DNA of 50,147 nt, filler included, from Catajapyx aquilonaris (taxonomy: Eukaryota): NCBI GenBank assembly GCA_000934665.2. It is 3 parts of 3 records of this genome, joined end to end, with 100 filler letters (N's around TTAATTAATTAA, not from the genome) between each part and the next. Parts side by side here need not be neighbours in the genome. Positions count along the whole stretch, not along the records: positions 1 to 16,655 come from JYFJ02007139.1; 2 more parts are not named here. One strand, 5' to 3'. Positions within the stretch are counted from its first letter, which is position 1. Every line of letters starts with the position of its first letter. This document shows positions 1 to 10,919 of the stretch, piece by piece. Position numbers and translations under genes: made by a program. The notes beneath the pieces were generated by a model. It made no database searches. It was not told the origin of the DNA and saw only the letters and a list, made by a program, of their open reading frames with translations.

Positions 1-326
1 AAAATCACAGCCCCAATCCTGTAGCAGTGGGAACTGTGAGATTTTGAACCTAGATCCGCACCATCCCACTCCACCTGCGGCCCTTTGACGAAGAAACTAA
101 ATTCCGAATAGTTATTGAGAAAAAAAATTGAGACGTATTTTTTGGTGGTTAAAATTTTTTTGCGGCGTTTTGAAGAGGAATTAAGTAAAAGTGTAAATGG
201 TAGGAAATCAAGTCACGACGGTGGGGATCTGTGTTCAAAATTTGGAAGCTCTAACTGCAGCAGAACTTGAGTTAGGGCGAATAAAAAAAACGTAACAAGA
301 AGAAGAACAAGAAGAAGAAGAAGAAG

Positions 327-358
<32 letters not shown>

Positions 359-427
359 GGAAAAATTCATTGTTGAAACATTGTTGAAATCTATGCTACG
401 GTCTTACTTAAGGGCTATCGCCCTTAA
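1..427 (+). mobile_element. 3' end of a Helentron/DINE-1-like (HINE) non-autonomous element
   Basis: Internal (AAG)n tract at about 295-356, then a terminal stem-loop TTAAGGGC-TATC-GCCCTTAA at 408-427. Microsatellite plus 3' hairpin is the usual HINE layout. The 5' end is outside the window. Confidence 0.5.
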
Positions 428-2655
428 AATATGTTATCAGAAACCATTATTTTCCCGGCTTTTCCAGTTTTCCCCGCCACTTCTTCCACCCTTTTCTCCC
501 AGTCTGACATACGGTATTTTCTCCAACTGAACCTGCGTTACTGAGCTAGTCATGGTGTGACCCGAGGTCAGGGGTCACGCAATGTATTGTACTGTATAAA
601 GCATATACGATATACCTACCAGCTGTGCCGTCCTTCTTTCTGAAGATTTGGAAATGGCCACCCTACCTGCTACAAAATGCCTAAAAAGGGGATTGCCCAC
701 TAAAAGAAAACAATAGGTTCCCACACACGAAGAGCATCTATATACTCTCACACTCGTCAAAAACAAAACAAAAAAGAATAAGAAACTGCGTAATGTTCAC
801 AAATTATTCCGTCTGCAGTACACCACCACCATCATCACAAGATGTTACTCTCGAACTGATACTTCAAGGGGCACTCTCTCAAAAGCAACGTGTATAGTAC
901 ACAGCATTGCGTTTTTTAAATGCAAATAGTGTACTGCATTATGTACATTAATTAGCATAATGCAGTACACAATTTGCATGTTTTAGCACAACGCTGTGTA
1001 CCATGCATACACATTGTTTTTAGAGCGCTTAAAACCTGCCATAACTAAAATCCTGCTCTATTGAAAAACATAAATGGCAGACCGTTATAAAAATCATTTT
1101 CGGTTTGAACTCCCTATTTTTACAACACAAAATATAGCTGGTGATCAGTGCAAACGGCAAAGAATTTACTTGTTACCATCGGCAGAAACTTGAACACTTT
1201 TCTTCGTTTTTTTCATCTTGATAAAAGGACTGTTTTGAAAAATGCTTTCCTTCGAGAGAATGGTGGAGGGAGAAATACAAAAAAAAATAATAATAAAATA
1301 ATTGATTGGCGAATTGAAATTGGGTGGAAGTCTTTGATTTTTCTTTTTTTTTAACTTCATGGGGAGGGGAAAAGGATTGTTAGTTTTGTGATGTACAAGA
1401 CATCACAGGAGACACAATAATCCCATCCCACATCCTTGCTTCTCTCACTCTCTTTTTCTCTCTCTCTCTCTCTCTTTCGCTCTAATCATCACATCATCAT
1501 CATCATTGTCATCAGTCATCACACAAATAAACACAATGTCGCACCAAGCATCCTCCTGCAGGCGCCTGATACAGGCACGAGTACTAAAACCTCCACTCAT
1601 TCTATTACTCATCATCTGACTCGTCCTTTTTTTTTTTGGTTTTTGTATCAAATCCATATTTTAAACAATCAAGTCGATCGAGGCTTACATGCTATCAGGC
1701 TTCACAGGAAGAACTTGGAGGAGTGGGCCAGACATATTTTATTAATTCGTTTAATTTTTTAAAAACTCTCTTTCCCACCACACATTGTCACAGCGGTATA
1801 ATCATCACATTATGGAAATGGTCAACAATCAGTTACAGGCAATCGTAACCAACCTCCACACTTGTTATTTTTTTCCTCTTTATTGAAAATTGGGGGTTGA
1901 TGGGTTCGGGGGGGGGGGGGGGNGGGGTCAAAAGTTGTAGGCTATAGTTTCAACATGCCCATTCAATCAGCTATAAACGTGGAGCCTGTAAAGCACAAGG
2001 GTTACAAGGGTTTAAAAAACTAATTAGATTTAATTAATAGTGACGGGGTGTACGGATGATCTTGGTTTTCTTCCACAAATATTATGGATTAGAAGTTGTT
2101 GAAAAAGACACCACGGCGCAACTTGTGCCCATGAGATGGGGTAGGGTTTCCGTGCGTGCGGTACAGCGCTGCCCTTACGGCCTTTCCCCCAACTTTCTAC
2201 TCAGGAAACTTCACCCTCCCTCAGAATGAGAAAGAGCCTCCTTTGAAGACGAAAAAAAAAAAGCACCAAGTAATATTTTAAAAGCACATATTAACCCAAT
2301 TTATGACATAACACCTGATGTTTTTCCAGCACTGACGTAGCGTCAACAAAATCTTACAAGTTAGTGCAGGCAGAATTCAGGCATCATATAGGTCTTTTCC
2401 TTGCAGCTGTGTCGGTGGCCTTCCCTTCCGGTCAGGCCCCTGCCCCCTGCTGCCCTTTACCTGCCCTCACCTCCCTTTCCCCTGCCCCATTGACACCTCC
2501 AATTTCCGGTCCTGATTAATGGCACTAGACAAATGAGAGACCCCGCTCTTTGAGGGGAGTGAGCCTGATCAGTCAATACCCGTCCCAGACATCACACACG
2601 CCCCTTGAATAACATGTGTGTACTCATAAGCAGTACAAGACTGCACCAGTCATGA
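424..2655 (-). pseudogene. Decayed multi-exon orphan gene(s), cluster module A
   Basis: Phase-consistent intron 619-533 (GTAGGT..CAG) joins QVGWPFPNLQKEGRHS-W-FSWRKYRMSDWEKRVEEVAGKTGKAGKIMVSDNI. Other exon-like frames with single stops at about 2030-2245 (RLFLILREGEVS*VESWGKG..PISWAQVAPWCLFQQLLIHNICG) and about 2376-2655. No family recognised. Confidence 0.4.
876..1025. repeat. Imperfect AT-rich palindrome of about 150 bp (possible old MITE)
   Basis: Arms GTACACAGC..TGCAAAT..GTGTACTGCATTATG and CATAATGCAGTACAC..ATTTGCA..GCTGTGTAC are reverse complements around CATTAATT. Confidence 0.6.
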
Positions 2656-2659
2656 CTGT

Positions 2660-3830
2660 CACATCAAGAATAAAAAGTCGTGAGGCAAGTACTGCATGGC
2701 GACAATGTATAATAGTGCAAAGTTGCACAAGTTTCTCCCCAGCAGCATCCAGTCACCGGAGCGCGCAGTAGCAAAACCAGCAGCAGCAGGTGACACCATT
2801 TTTATTCCCCGCACCACCCCAGCCCATTTACTTGTCTCGCCTTCTGGGTGACACCAGTGACGCAATCAGCCTCCGCACCGCACCTCCTCGCATTCGACAA
2901 GCACATTATGTCTACTTGCCGTGTGTACACAGGACCAGCAACTTCATTTGGATTGCTTATTAGGCTAGTCCACCTGGTGCTAGGTTGTCCTTACATTTTT
3001 GATAACTTATCTGAAAATACTGGGATGATATTACGTGAATATTTTTTTGAAAGAAGGGGTCGGGGGTGTGGGAGAAGATGGGGGGATGGTGCTCCAGCTC
3101 TGTTCCCACGAGACGAAAGGACAGCAGGAGCTGAGGTGAATGTCCTCGTGTGCAGGAGTTTCTTGGCTGTTTGCATTTCATCCTGCACAAATCAGGCTCA
3201 AAGGAAAAGGTACTGGCTTACCTGCACTGCATATACGAAGCCATGCAAGTATGTGATGGAGGTCTGTCGTCTACAACAATTTGCAACAATACAGACCAAA
3301 ATATAATGGCTCATGAGCAAGGGAACCAAAACTATTGTTCGGACCATGCACCAAGAAACACTACTTATTCTGATACCATATTAACGAAAGTTGCGCTGTT
3401 AAACAAAAAATATTCTTCCCGGGCTTCCGATACATTTTTCACTTTGTAGGTCGGCGCCAGGAGGTGAAAAAGATAAAAAAGCAACCGATTTATTTCCCGA
3501 TAATGTTGCTTCACAACTTTTTTTTTTTGCAACACCATGGCCATTCATACGGGTGTACCAGTTTCCATTCAAAACTGAGAATCGGCTCCTCTTTTGATTA
3601 GATTTGATCTGGTGTGCCGAAAAGAGCATCTTACCCTTGAGGCAAGCAACCCTCAATTTATTATCGGGGGTGTTTTGTGATCATTTTCATTTCAAGTGCA
3701 AGAAAAAAGCGAGGGATGGTTTGGACGCGTGTAGTGGTATAAATGGAGGCAAAGGCATCCGGGCGAATTGAAGAAGGAAAAGGAAGGAGCGGCACACAGG
3801 GTAATAGATGCGATCGAAGGCCTATCTTCT
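2660..3830. pseudogene. Decayed coding-like region, strand unresolved, cluster module B
   Basis: Overlapping ORFs on both strands (2848-3306+, 3150-3449+, 2991-3188-, 3399-3656-). On -, a 39-nt GTAAGC..CAG intron (3221-3183) joins RQTSITYLHGFVYAVQ to DEMQTAKKLLH in phase 0. Confidence 0.35.
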
Positions 3831-3834
3831 TTAA

Positions 3835-5572
3835 TTAGTTGGCAGGCAGGAGGGTGAGCAAGGTGGTGCTGCTGGCGAGCGTGGGAGGTCAGAGGTCAGA
3901 GTCGGCCCCATTCAGCCGGAGATGAGCCTCATTTGTCTCAGAGGTGGCTGCTGTAATAACCTCCCATCCCGCCTCCTCCTCCTCTGCCGCCGCTGCTTAC
4001 TCGTATAGATGGCTTTCTTCACGCCAACTCCTTATAGATGCTTCTACTGTCTTAATGCCTTGCTCTGGTTGTACACTCACGGTTATTAAGCGCTGAGGGT
4101 TACGTACTGCATATGGCCTACATTGCAATCAGCTCTCAGGATGTGAATGTGAAAATATCACCTAATAGTCAAACATCATCAAACAATTTACAGGAAGTGT
4201 ACACCCATGGAATGATGTTAATAATAATAATCCAAAATCGCTGACAATGATGCACCAGTCAGTCCAACAAGCAGCGACTCCAATGATCAAATGGGCAATG
4301 AAACTGAAAGCAGCTTCTATTCCAGCTTGTCTATATCATTTCATCTCCGTTTATACTGAGCAGAGCAGCTCCATTAACTCATTATGTGTTGAACCCGAGT
4401 GCAAAGATCAATAAAAGCAGTAATCATTTGAGTAACTTACAATTTTTTTTGCAATTCGAATGGTGATTCCGAATTTTTGTCCCCGTCCTTGCCTCTCTCT
4501 CTGCACTCCTCCGTGCTCTGTTGGCGTGGAAAAAAAGGAGTTGCCCAGCACCGGTACCAGCTGGCACCAGGGCCTTTGCAGCAAGGAACTTTGCCTTATT
4601 TTCAGCTCGTGTTGCCATCTGGATTGTCCTGATCATGGTCTTCAACGTAATCTCATTTCGAGGGTGTCACCACGCCCAAAAGAATATCCGGATAAGGTAT
4701 ACGTATATGGCCACATCCAGGTCGAATTCAACTTGCTGTAAAATAACAAAAATTGGGTTTTAAAAATTCTGCCAATATAGGCATATCTCTGTATGGAAGA
4801 CGAAAATGCAAAAAAAAAATTTAATTGAACCATGCATCCAATGCTCATATCATGATGGGGACATGAGAACACAACTGATAAGTCCTGACGATTCAGTTTC
4901 ATAGACCCCCCATAAACTGAAACACTGACTGAATATTCCTCCTGATCTCTTTTAGATGGTAGAGGTGGTGCAAGAAGCAGCAGGAAAAGTGTTCCTTGGG
5001 CAAGTTAAAGGTAGTAAGTCAGCAAGAGCAAGCCAAGCATGACATGCGCAAATGGGCAGCGCCGACAAAATGGCGCTCTGGACACGGTTTGAGCTGGAAG
5101 TCGTTACCGGTTCCTTCCCTTCTTCTCCTCCTGCTGCTGCTGCATGCCGCTCAACCCTTTATCAGCCCTAGCTCCTTTTTTCCTCCTTCTCCTGTTTTTT
5201 TTATCCACCTCGCCTTTCTCCTGCTGCTGGCTGTGTTTCCCCGGCGATGTTGAGGCAATGGGTTACACAAGAGGTGTCAGAGGCCTCAACATATGCTAAT
5301 ATAAGATCCCCTTATTGATGCCCCTAAACACATGCAACCAATAGGCAACAACTGAATGTACAAAAAATAGTTGCCACGTGTGTCTATAGGGGATACATAT
5401 ACATTTTAGACTTTTGGGGGGTCATCATGTAACTTATCATGTCCCAGCACTAGTATATTTATAAGACGCTCCTCCCTGCCCACAACTCCCACTCTCAATG
5501 CACATTTTCATGCAGCTTCACTTCCCAGTGTTCCCACGCTCAGCATGCAACTCTCACTACCTTTTTTCCACA
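3835..5572 (-). pseudogene. Decayed multi-exon orphan gene, cluster module C
   Basis: Strong acceptor TTATTTTACAG near 4737 then QVEFDLDVAIYVYLIRIFFWAW*HPRNEITLKTMIRTIQMATRAENKAKFLAAKALVP. Last exon-like frame QRLITVSVQPEQGIKTVEASIRSWREESHLYE*AAAAEEEEAGWEVITAA at about 4095-3835. Upstream frame EEGKEPVTTSSSNRVQSAILSALPICACHAWLALADLLP. Confidence 0.45.
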
Positions 5573-5856
5573 TAAATTCGTATACTATATGCAGAGTCGG
5601 GCTATAGAAGGATATAAAATAGAACTCTCCAAACTTTAATATCACGAGCCAAGTTGTCGTGTTCCACCGGTCTTTAAGCCCCGAATTCAGCAAGCAGCAG
5701 TTTGCCAGATGCTCAGCAGTGGGTGTTTGCAAAATGCACGTGAGGTGAGAGGGGGGGGGGGTTGACATAAAGAGAGGCACGACACAAAGGAGAAGAAAGG
5801 GGAAATGGGAAATTGATTCTGGCCGCCTGCCCGCACGGACAGTACGCCTATCCACA

Positions 5857-6770
5857 ATGGTAAGGCACCTCCGATAGCCACTTCGACTATATAAAGTGCA
5901 CTTCTACCAGCGTATAACAAGCAGCAGAGAAGGGGGAGACCACGCTGCACATATATATAAGCCAGCAAGAGCACGTTACCGATTGATAGATGGCTCATTG
6001 AAAGCCAGACTTCTCCGCTGCCTTCTCGTGCTTGCTTCATGTGATTGTGCTCTATATTACTGCTTCCAGTACCGCCTCTTATACACTCTATAATGTATCT
6101 TGTCCTTTGGTGGTTGCCAAAAGGACCTCCCTCGCCCAAGTTCAAAGGCTGCCCTGCACCACCTTCCACCGTTTCACCGACCAACAACAATACCTGCCCT
6201 TATATATGCTGTGCTGGCCCCCAAACTTGGATCGGACACCGGCCAAAAGCTTTTCCGCTGTCAAGTAATATGATGTCAGGGAGAGACAAATTGAGCCCTG
6301 CAAAGAGGCAACACTCATATGTTAACGTTATGTCCACACACATAATGTTCTTTACCAGTCTCGTATATGAATGCCCCAGTTTGTGCCGCCACAATTTTGA
6401 TAAACATCACCAGCATGTACAGCAGCAGGCATAGGGCATAGACACGGTGGTTTGTGAGGTTGGTTGGCCTTCGTCCTGGAGCTCGATTCGCAACGCGGGG
6501 CGCAACTGTCTCCATCCGGATCGGCGACATTTTGGCAGCCCCTGGCATCAGCAGCAATGGAAGCAACACACAGGCCTCGTCGACCCGAATTAGCACACTG
6601 TGAAATCGCACATTCGACAAGGAATTACTCCATAGACCAGCTTCATCTTTCTTTTCCGCCCAACTTCCTGCATGCTTTGCCGTCCCTATAAGTAGACTCT
6701 GCTGCATGCGTCTAAACCTATATATCTCTTTGCAGCTGCCATGCTGATCTGGATATACAGCACATTACAG
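5857..6770 (+). pseudogene. Decayed spliced orphan gene, cluster module D
   Basis: ATG at 5857. Intron 6265-6358 (GTAATA..TTTACCAG) joins the 6045-6434 ORF frame in phase 1 to SYMNAPVCAATILINITSMY..*TRWFVRLVGLRPGARFATRGATVSIRIGDILAAP..RTFDKELLHRP..LCCMRLNLYISLQLP. Donor GTATGC at 6771. Confidence 0.4.
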
Positions 6771-7084
6771 GTATGCATTACGTCTAAGCTTATGTTTATT
6801 ATCAGGTCGGTGCACTTCATTCGAGGAGTAGTCGTAAACAAAAGCAGCAATGCGTGAAGGTTACACGATTTATTAAGTCATATGCAGCATATAAGGCAAA
6901 TTTGTTTGAAAATATATTCCTTAATTAATTCCTGTACTTTATACTGACGTGTCTGTAACGTCGTCTTGTGGTTTTATTTTCGCAGATCATTGGTATAAGA
7001 CACATTCGCCGGCCATGATGCCTCTCGTTCGACCATGACGTGACGATGGCTCCGGGTCCCCCCCCCCCCCCNCCCCCCCCTCAA

Positions 7085-8354
7085 TCTCTTTCGGTCACGC
7101 CTTGGTCACCACAAAATGGAGAATATTCCAGTCATCAGGGCATAAAATCCGCTTCTGCAGCCGCAGAGGGCGAATACCAATCTTCATCCAGCAGCAAAGC
7201 CCTCTTCTATACATTCTCCAATTCTATGAATCAACAGTGGCGCTTAGCATACCTTGTGATTTTACTTGCCAGGAACTGTAAATTCGTGTCTGCGCCTTCA
7301 CGGAGGTATTGCTGGATCGTGTACCAAGTAATGACGTCTGCAGAGGTGGACGCCGTCCAAATATTCGCCGCAATTAGGTTGCTTAGCACACATGCCTGTA
7401 TATGCGCTGAACCTCGACAGTTTTTGTACCGTCGCGTCGTGCTCTGACCTGCATGAATTGGGTGAAGGCATGCAGGAATTGAGAGTGGAATAAACGGAGG
7501 GCCTCCCCCGAATACGTTGGCTGCACTGGCGCGTGGTAATGCCCGTTGAAAGCTACTTCGAATCGGCGATTTTAGGCTCCGGAAAAAAAGGGGGGGAATT
7601 TCTCGAAGGACCGACCTCTGTGACATACGCCGCCAGTACACGCACCACACAGTGTATAAATTGGTATAGTCAATGGTGCCTCGCAGTCTGCGGAATCCGA
7701 GCAGGGAATCCGGTAACCATCAGGCCCGTCCATGCTGGGAAACCAACCAGCTTAGGAACGGCTGTTGGATCCGCTCTTCACGCACTCGACTCACTCATTC
7801 CAACGCCACTTATTCAATCCCTTACACACTACTGACTTCCTTCCTGCCGATGACGTCTGCCATTTCTGCAATACAGACTTCCACAGCAATCGAGCATCTC
7901 ACAATAAGAAAATGGGCACAAATTAGTCTATTATTATAAAAGGCCAAGTTTGTTTGTCCAGATTTGGTTACCATCCTGTTTCCATCGTATCAACATGGTT
8001 GTCGAAAATATGAGTTGCTATAACTGAAATGGCATTTTCGTGAATATATGAGTGTGTCCTTTTTCTTAGACTACACACACTAATTGGCATAAGCCATTAT
8101 GGCCTGATGGTTTATTAAGACAGAGGAAGTAAGAGCCGGGGGTGCTGCCATGTTATAGGTTGCTGAATATGAGTTTGTGGCCCCCACTTCCCGCGCGATT
8201 AAGTCCGCGCTTGATTTATCGGTCTTTATCCCCACTAATGTGCATGTCTCCGCCCCGTGACGTCAGCCTCTCAACCCTGCATATGTCACGCCTCAAACTC
8301 CCCTTTTTCCCATGGACACTTCCAGGAGGCCAATGATGGCGCCATGCTCGCCAT
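7085..8354 (-). pseudogene. Decayed orphan gene, cluster module E
   Basis: ORF 7231-7650 extends in the same frame on both sides through isolated stops (..EMADVIGRKEVSSV*GIE*VALE*VSRVREERIQQPFLSWLVSQ.. and ..RHC*FIELENV*KRALLLDEDWYSP), about 280 codons in total. Candidate start MASMAP at 8354. Confidence 0.5.
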
Positions 8355-8449
8355 ATACTCTCACTCTGTATTATCTACATACACACCATTATCCATCTCA
8401 CCAATGTTGTCATTTTCTAAGATACACAACGTCTCATTTAATACCATTT

Positions 8450-9720
8450 AAAAATTGCGGTTAAGTTCATCTTGAACTGAGCCCTTTGTGACACAGGTCC
8501 GGTCTGATACAACTCCATTAATTTGGGACACCTCTACTTGTTGCTACTTGCCGGCAAAAGAGGAGAGAAATGAGCAAGCCCCATGGTGTAAAGTGGTAAG
8601 GATGAATAAACTGGCTGTTGGGGTCTCTTCCCCCTCTTTCCTGCTGGGGGCCTGCTGGGTAATTGAATTTGGCGGTTCCCAACTAGTCAGGTGAGGAATA
8701 GGTGAGGGGCCAGCCAAAAAAAAGAAGAAAAAGAAGGGAGCATATAGAGCAACAGGCAGCCCCCCAGCTGGTATTAATAACCTATCAGAGGTTTTTTTGT
8801 CCCCAAAAGTGCGGCTCCATTTCGGGTAATTTGTTGGTGTGAAAGAAGAGAGAGTGAGAAAGACCTCCCCATCATCCAGTCTTGCCTTTTGTTTGTCCCT
8901 TTTCTCGCCAGCTGCCCAGCGACCGTCTTCAACCAAAAGTCCAAGTGTTTCATATTATGCTCTATTATTATCCATTGCATTAGCCTATCTGCATATGTGG
9001 CATATAATATAGGGACACTGATATTGGGTGAAACAGATTTGCCTTTGAAGATCGGTCGGGATATTTTGTTCAGGAAAGTGAATGGGCATTGTTTGCAAGT
9101 CTGAGGGGGTGTGGGGGAGACGGTATAGGGAGAGAGACCTTGGGAGAGGGAGAGAGAGATCCGTCGAATCGCTTCGGTTCCGAATCGGTCACAGTTTGCC
9201 TTTGGGATTGACTTCCTTCCAAATCCCTCCCCAACCAAGTAACCCAGGATTTGCCGCTGCATTTGCCGCCTTTGTGCGCTAATCAAATCTTTCCCACCAC
9301 CACCGCACGCGGAAAACATGCATACACCCATACCCTTAAATATTGCATTTTTCCGCATCTTTATCGCACGTTTTGTCTTCCTCTCAACCAGCCGCCATCG
9401 TAAACTGAACAAATGATCGGGAGTTACATTACGCAGGGGGCAGACAAGTCTTACCCAAATATTATATTTGAAATTATGACATCACCAGATTTGTTATTGT
9501 GGTATGTCATCCTACCATTGTTTTGATGGTGAAAATCGACAACTTGGACAGTCCAACAGCACCCTATGGCATATTGCTGTATCATCACTGACGGGAAAAA
9601 CATGCAAGGGCAAGCAGTTAAGCTGGGGAATAAGGTGTAACTTCGTCACGGGATTCATCAATTCAGGTCCTTCCATTCAAGTGTGAAGCACTTCGTTCAA
9701 GTGACCTTCCAGTTTTCATC
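8450..9720 (-). pseudogene. Decayed spliced orphan gene, cluster module F (contains the 212-aa ORF)
   Basis: The longest non-RFX ORF (8774-9412) is joined by a 50-nt GTAAGA..TTCAG intron (9454-9405, phase 2) to upstream ..KSGDVIISNIIFG. Frameshifted continuation in ORF 8544-8936. Confidence 0.5.
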
Positions 9721-9759
9721 ACTCATTCATCTATTTTTTTTGTACACACACTCTCGACC

Positions 9760-10800
9760 TTCAGCTAATGACGGCAAGGGATAGGCCTATTGAGGAACTA
9801 AGACCGCCTGGAGCAAGGTACGCCAGTGTTACCTTTTCAGATATCGGCTTGGGTGCTGTATATCCAAGAGCGGACGTCCATTTTTATAAAAATGGTGGAT
9901 GGAAGCCGAATCGGAAGTGGAAATCAGTCGTCCGTTCACATTATTACAGGGCAGGAGCTGCTGCCGTTTGCCTGCCTCTCACCTGCGCTCCCCCCAATCC
10001 TTTCTCATTGGTCCCCGGGACATCTGTGGGACGGACTCACTTCAAAAACCTTGCATTTTTACATCTGACAGCCTCCAACCAGCCAGCACAGCATGGCGTC
10101 ACACTCGACCATTCATCAATCAAACGAGTGACTACGACATGAGATTACTATATAGTCAGCCCTAATTTTTCCCTGGAATCTCGATGTGGAGGTAGCATCC
10201 CGAGAAATCAACCAGCAAAGTCCCCCATAATCGGCGACTCATCGGCATTTCCCAGGTCGTCCTTCAGTGCGATCCGAGAAATACCCCTGGACAGATTTAT
10301 AGGCCAATAAAAGGAACGGTACAAGCAATGGCATACACGAAGGCGACCTTTCCCTTCCTCCCCCTTAATGACGACCCGAGGGCAACAAGCAAGCAGTAAG
10401 TAGGCAAAAGGCAGGTCCCAAGCAGCAGCAGCACGATGATGGCGAGACAATGAAGCGAGGAAGCTACCGGAATCCCAGGCCCCTTCTTTTATTGCGCGGC
10501 CATATACAGCAGGGTTCCTCCGACTGATGGCCGGCAGGCTCCCTGCAGAGTCCCCAAGCACCACCGCTGCTTCTGTGCCGTACACAGGTACATAGCGGAA
10601 CTCTGACCGCGCCTTCCAGCAACGTTGCACCATTTTCAGGAACAATTTGACTGGCGTAAAGCCGGGAGCTACCCAGCCTGGAGGCCCCACTTACGACTAT
10701 TGTGCCCAGGAGCAGGCTGTGTTTCTTAATAATGCGAACAGGGCCCTCACATTTTTACCGTTTAGAGTGGTTATCGTCGATGGAGGAGAATAGTTATACG
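9760..10800 (-). pseudogene. Decayed orphan gene, cluster module G (minus strand favoured)
   Basis: 160-aa ORF 10208-10690 continues in frame through stops (..HVVVTRLIDEWSSV..DFHFRFGFHPPFL*KWTSALGYTAPKPISEKVTLAYLAPGGL). The antisense frame (9768-10142+) is also largely open, so the strand is not certain. Confidence 0.45.
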
Positions 10801-10919
10801 GCCAATAGGACGTAAACGCGAGAAAATCCGTTACATCGTAAGATGGGATGATATCCAAGACGCTGCAAGGTGCTGCAAAAAGATGTTATTAGAACATATT
10901 TGCATATAATAGAATTCAA

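Noticed and set aside
3445..3480. FVGRRQEVKKI resembling an AAA ATPase N-terminal motif
   Set aside because: No Walker A or B motif follows in any frame.
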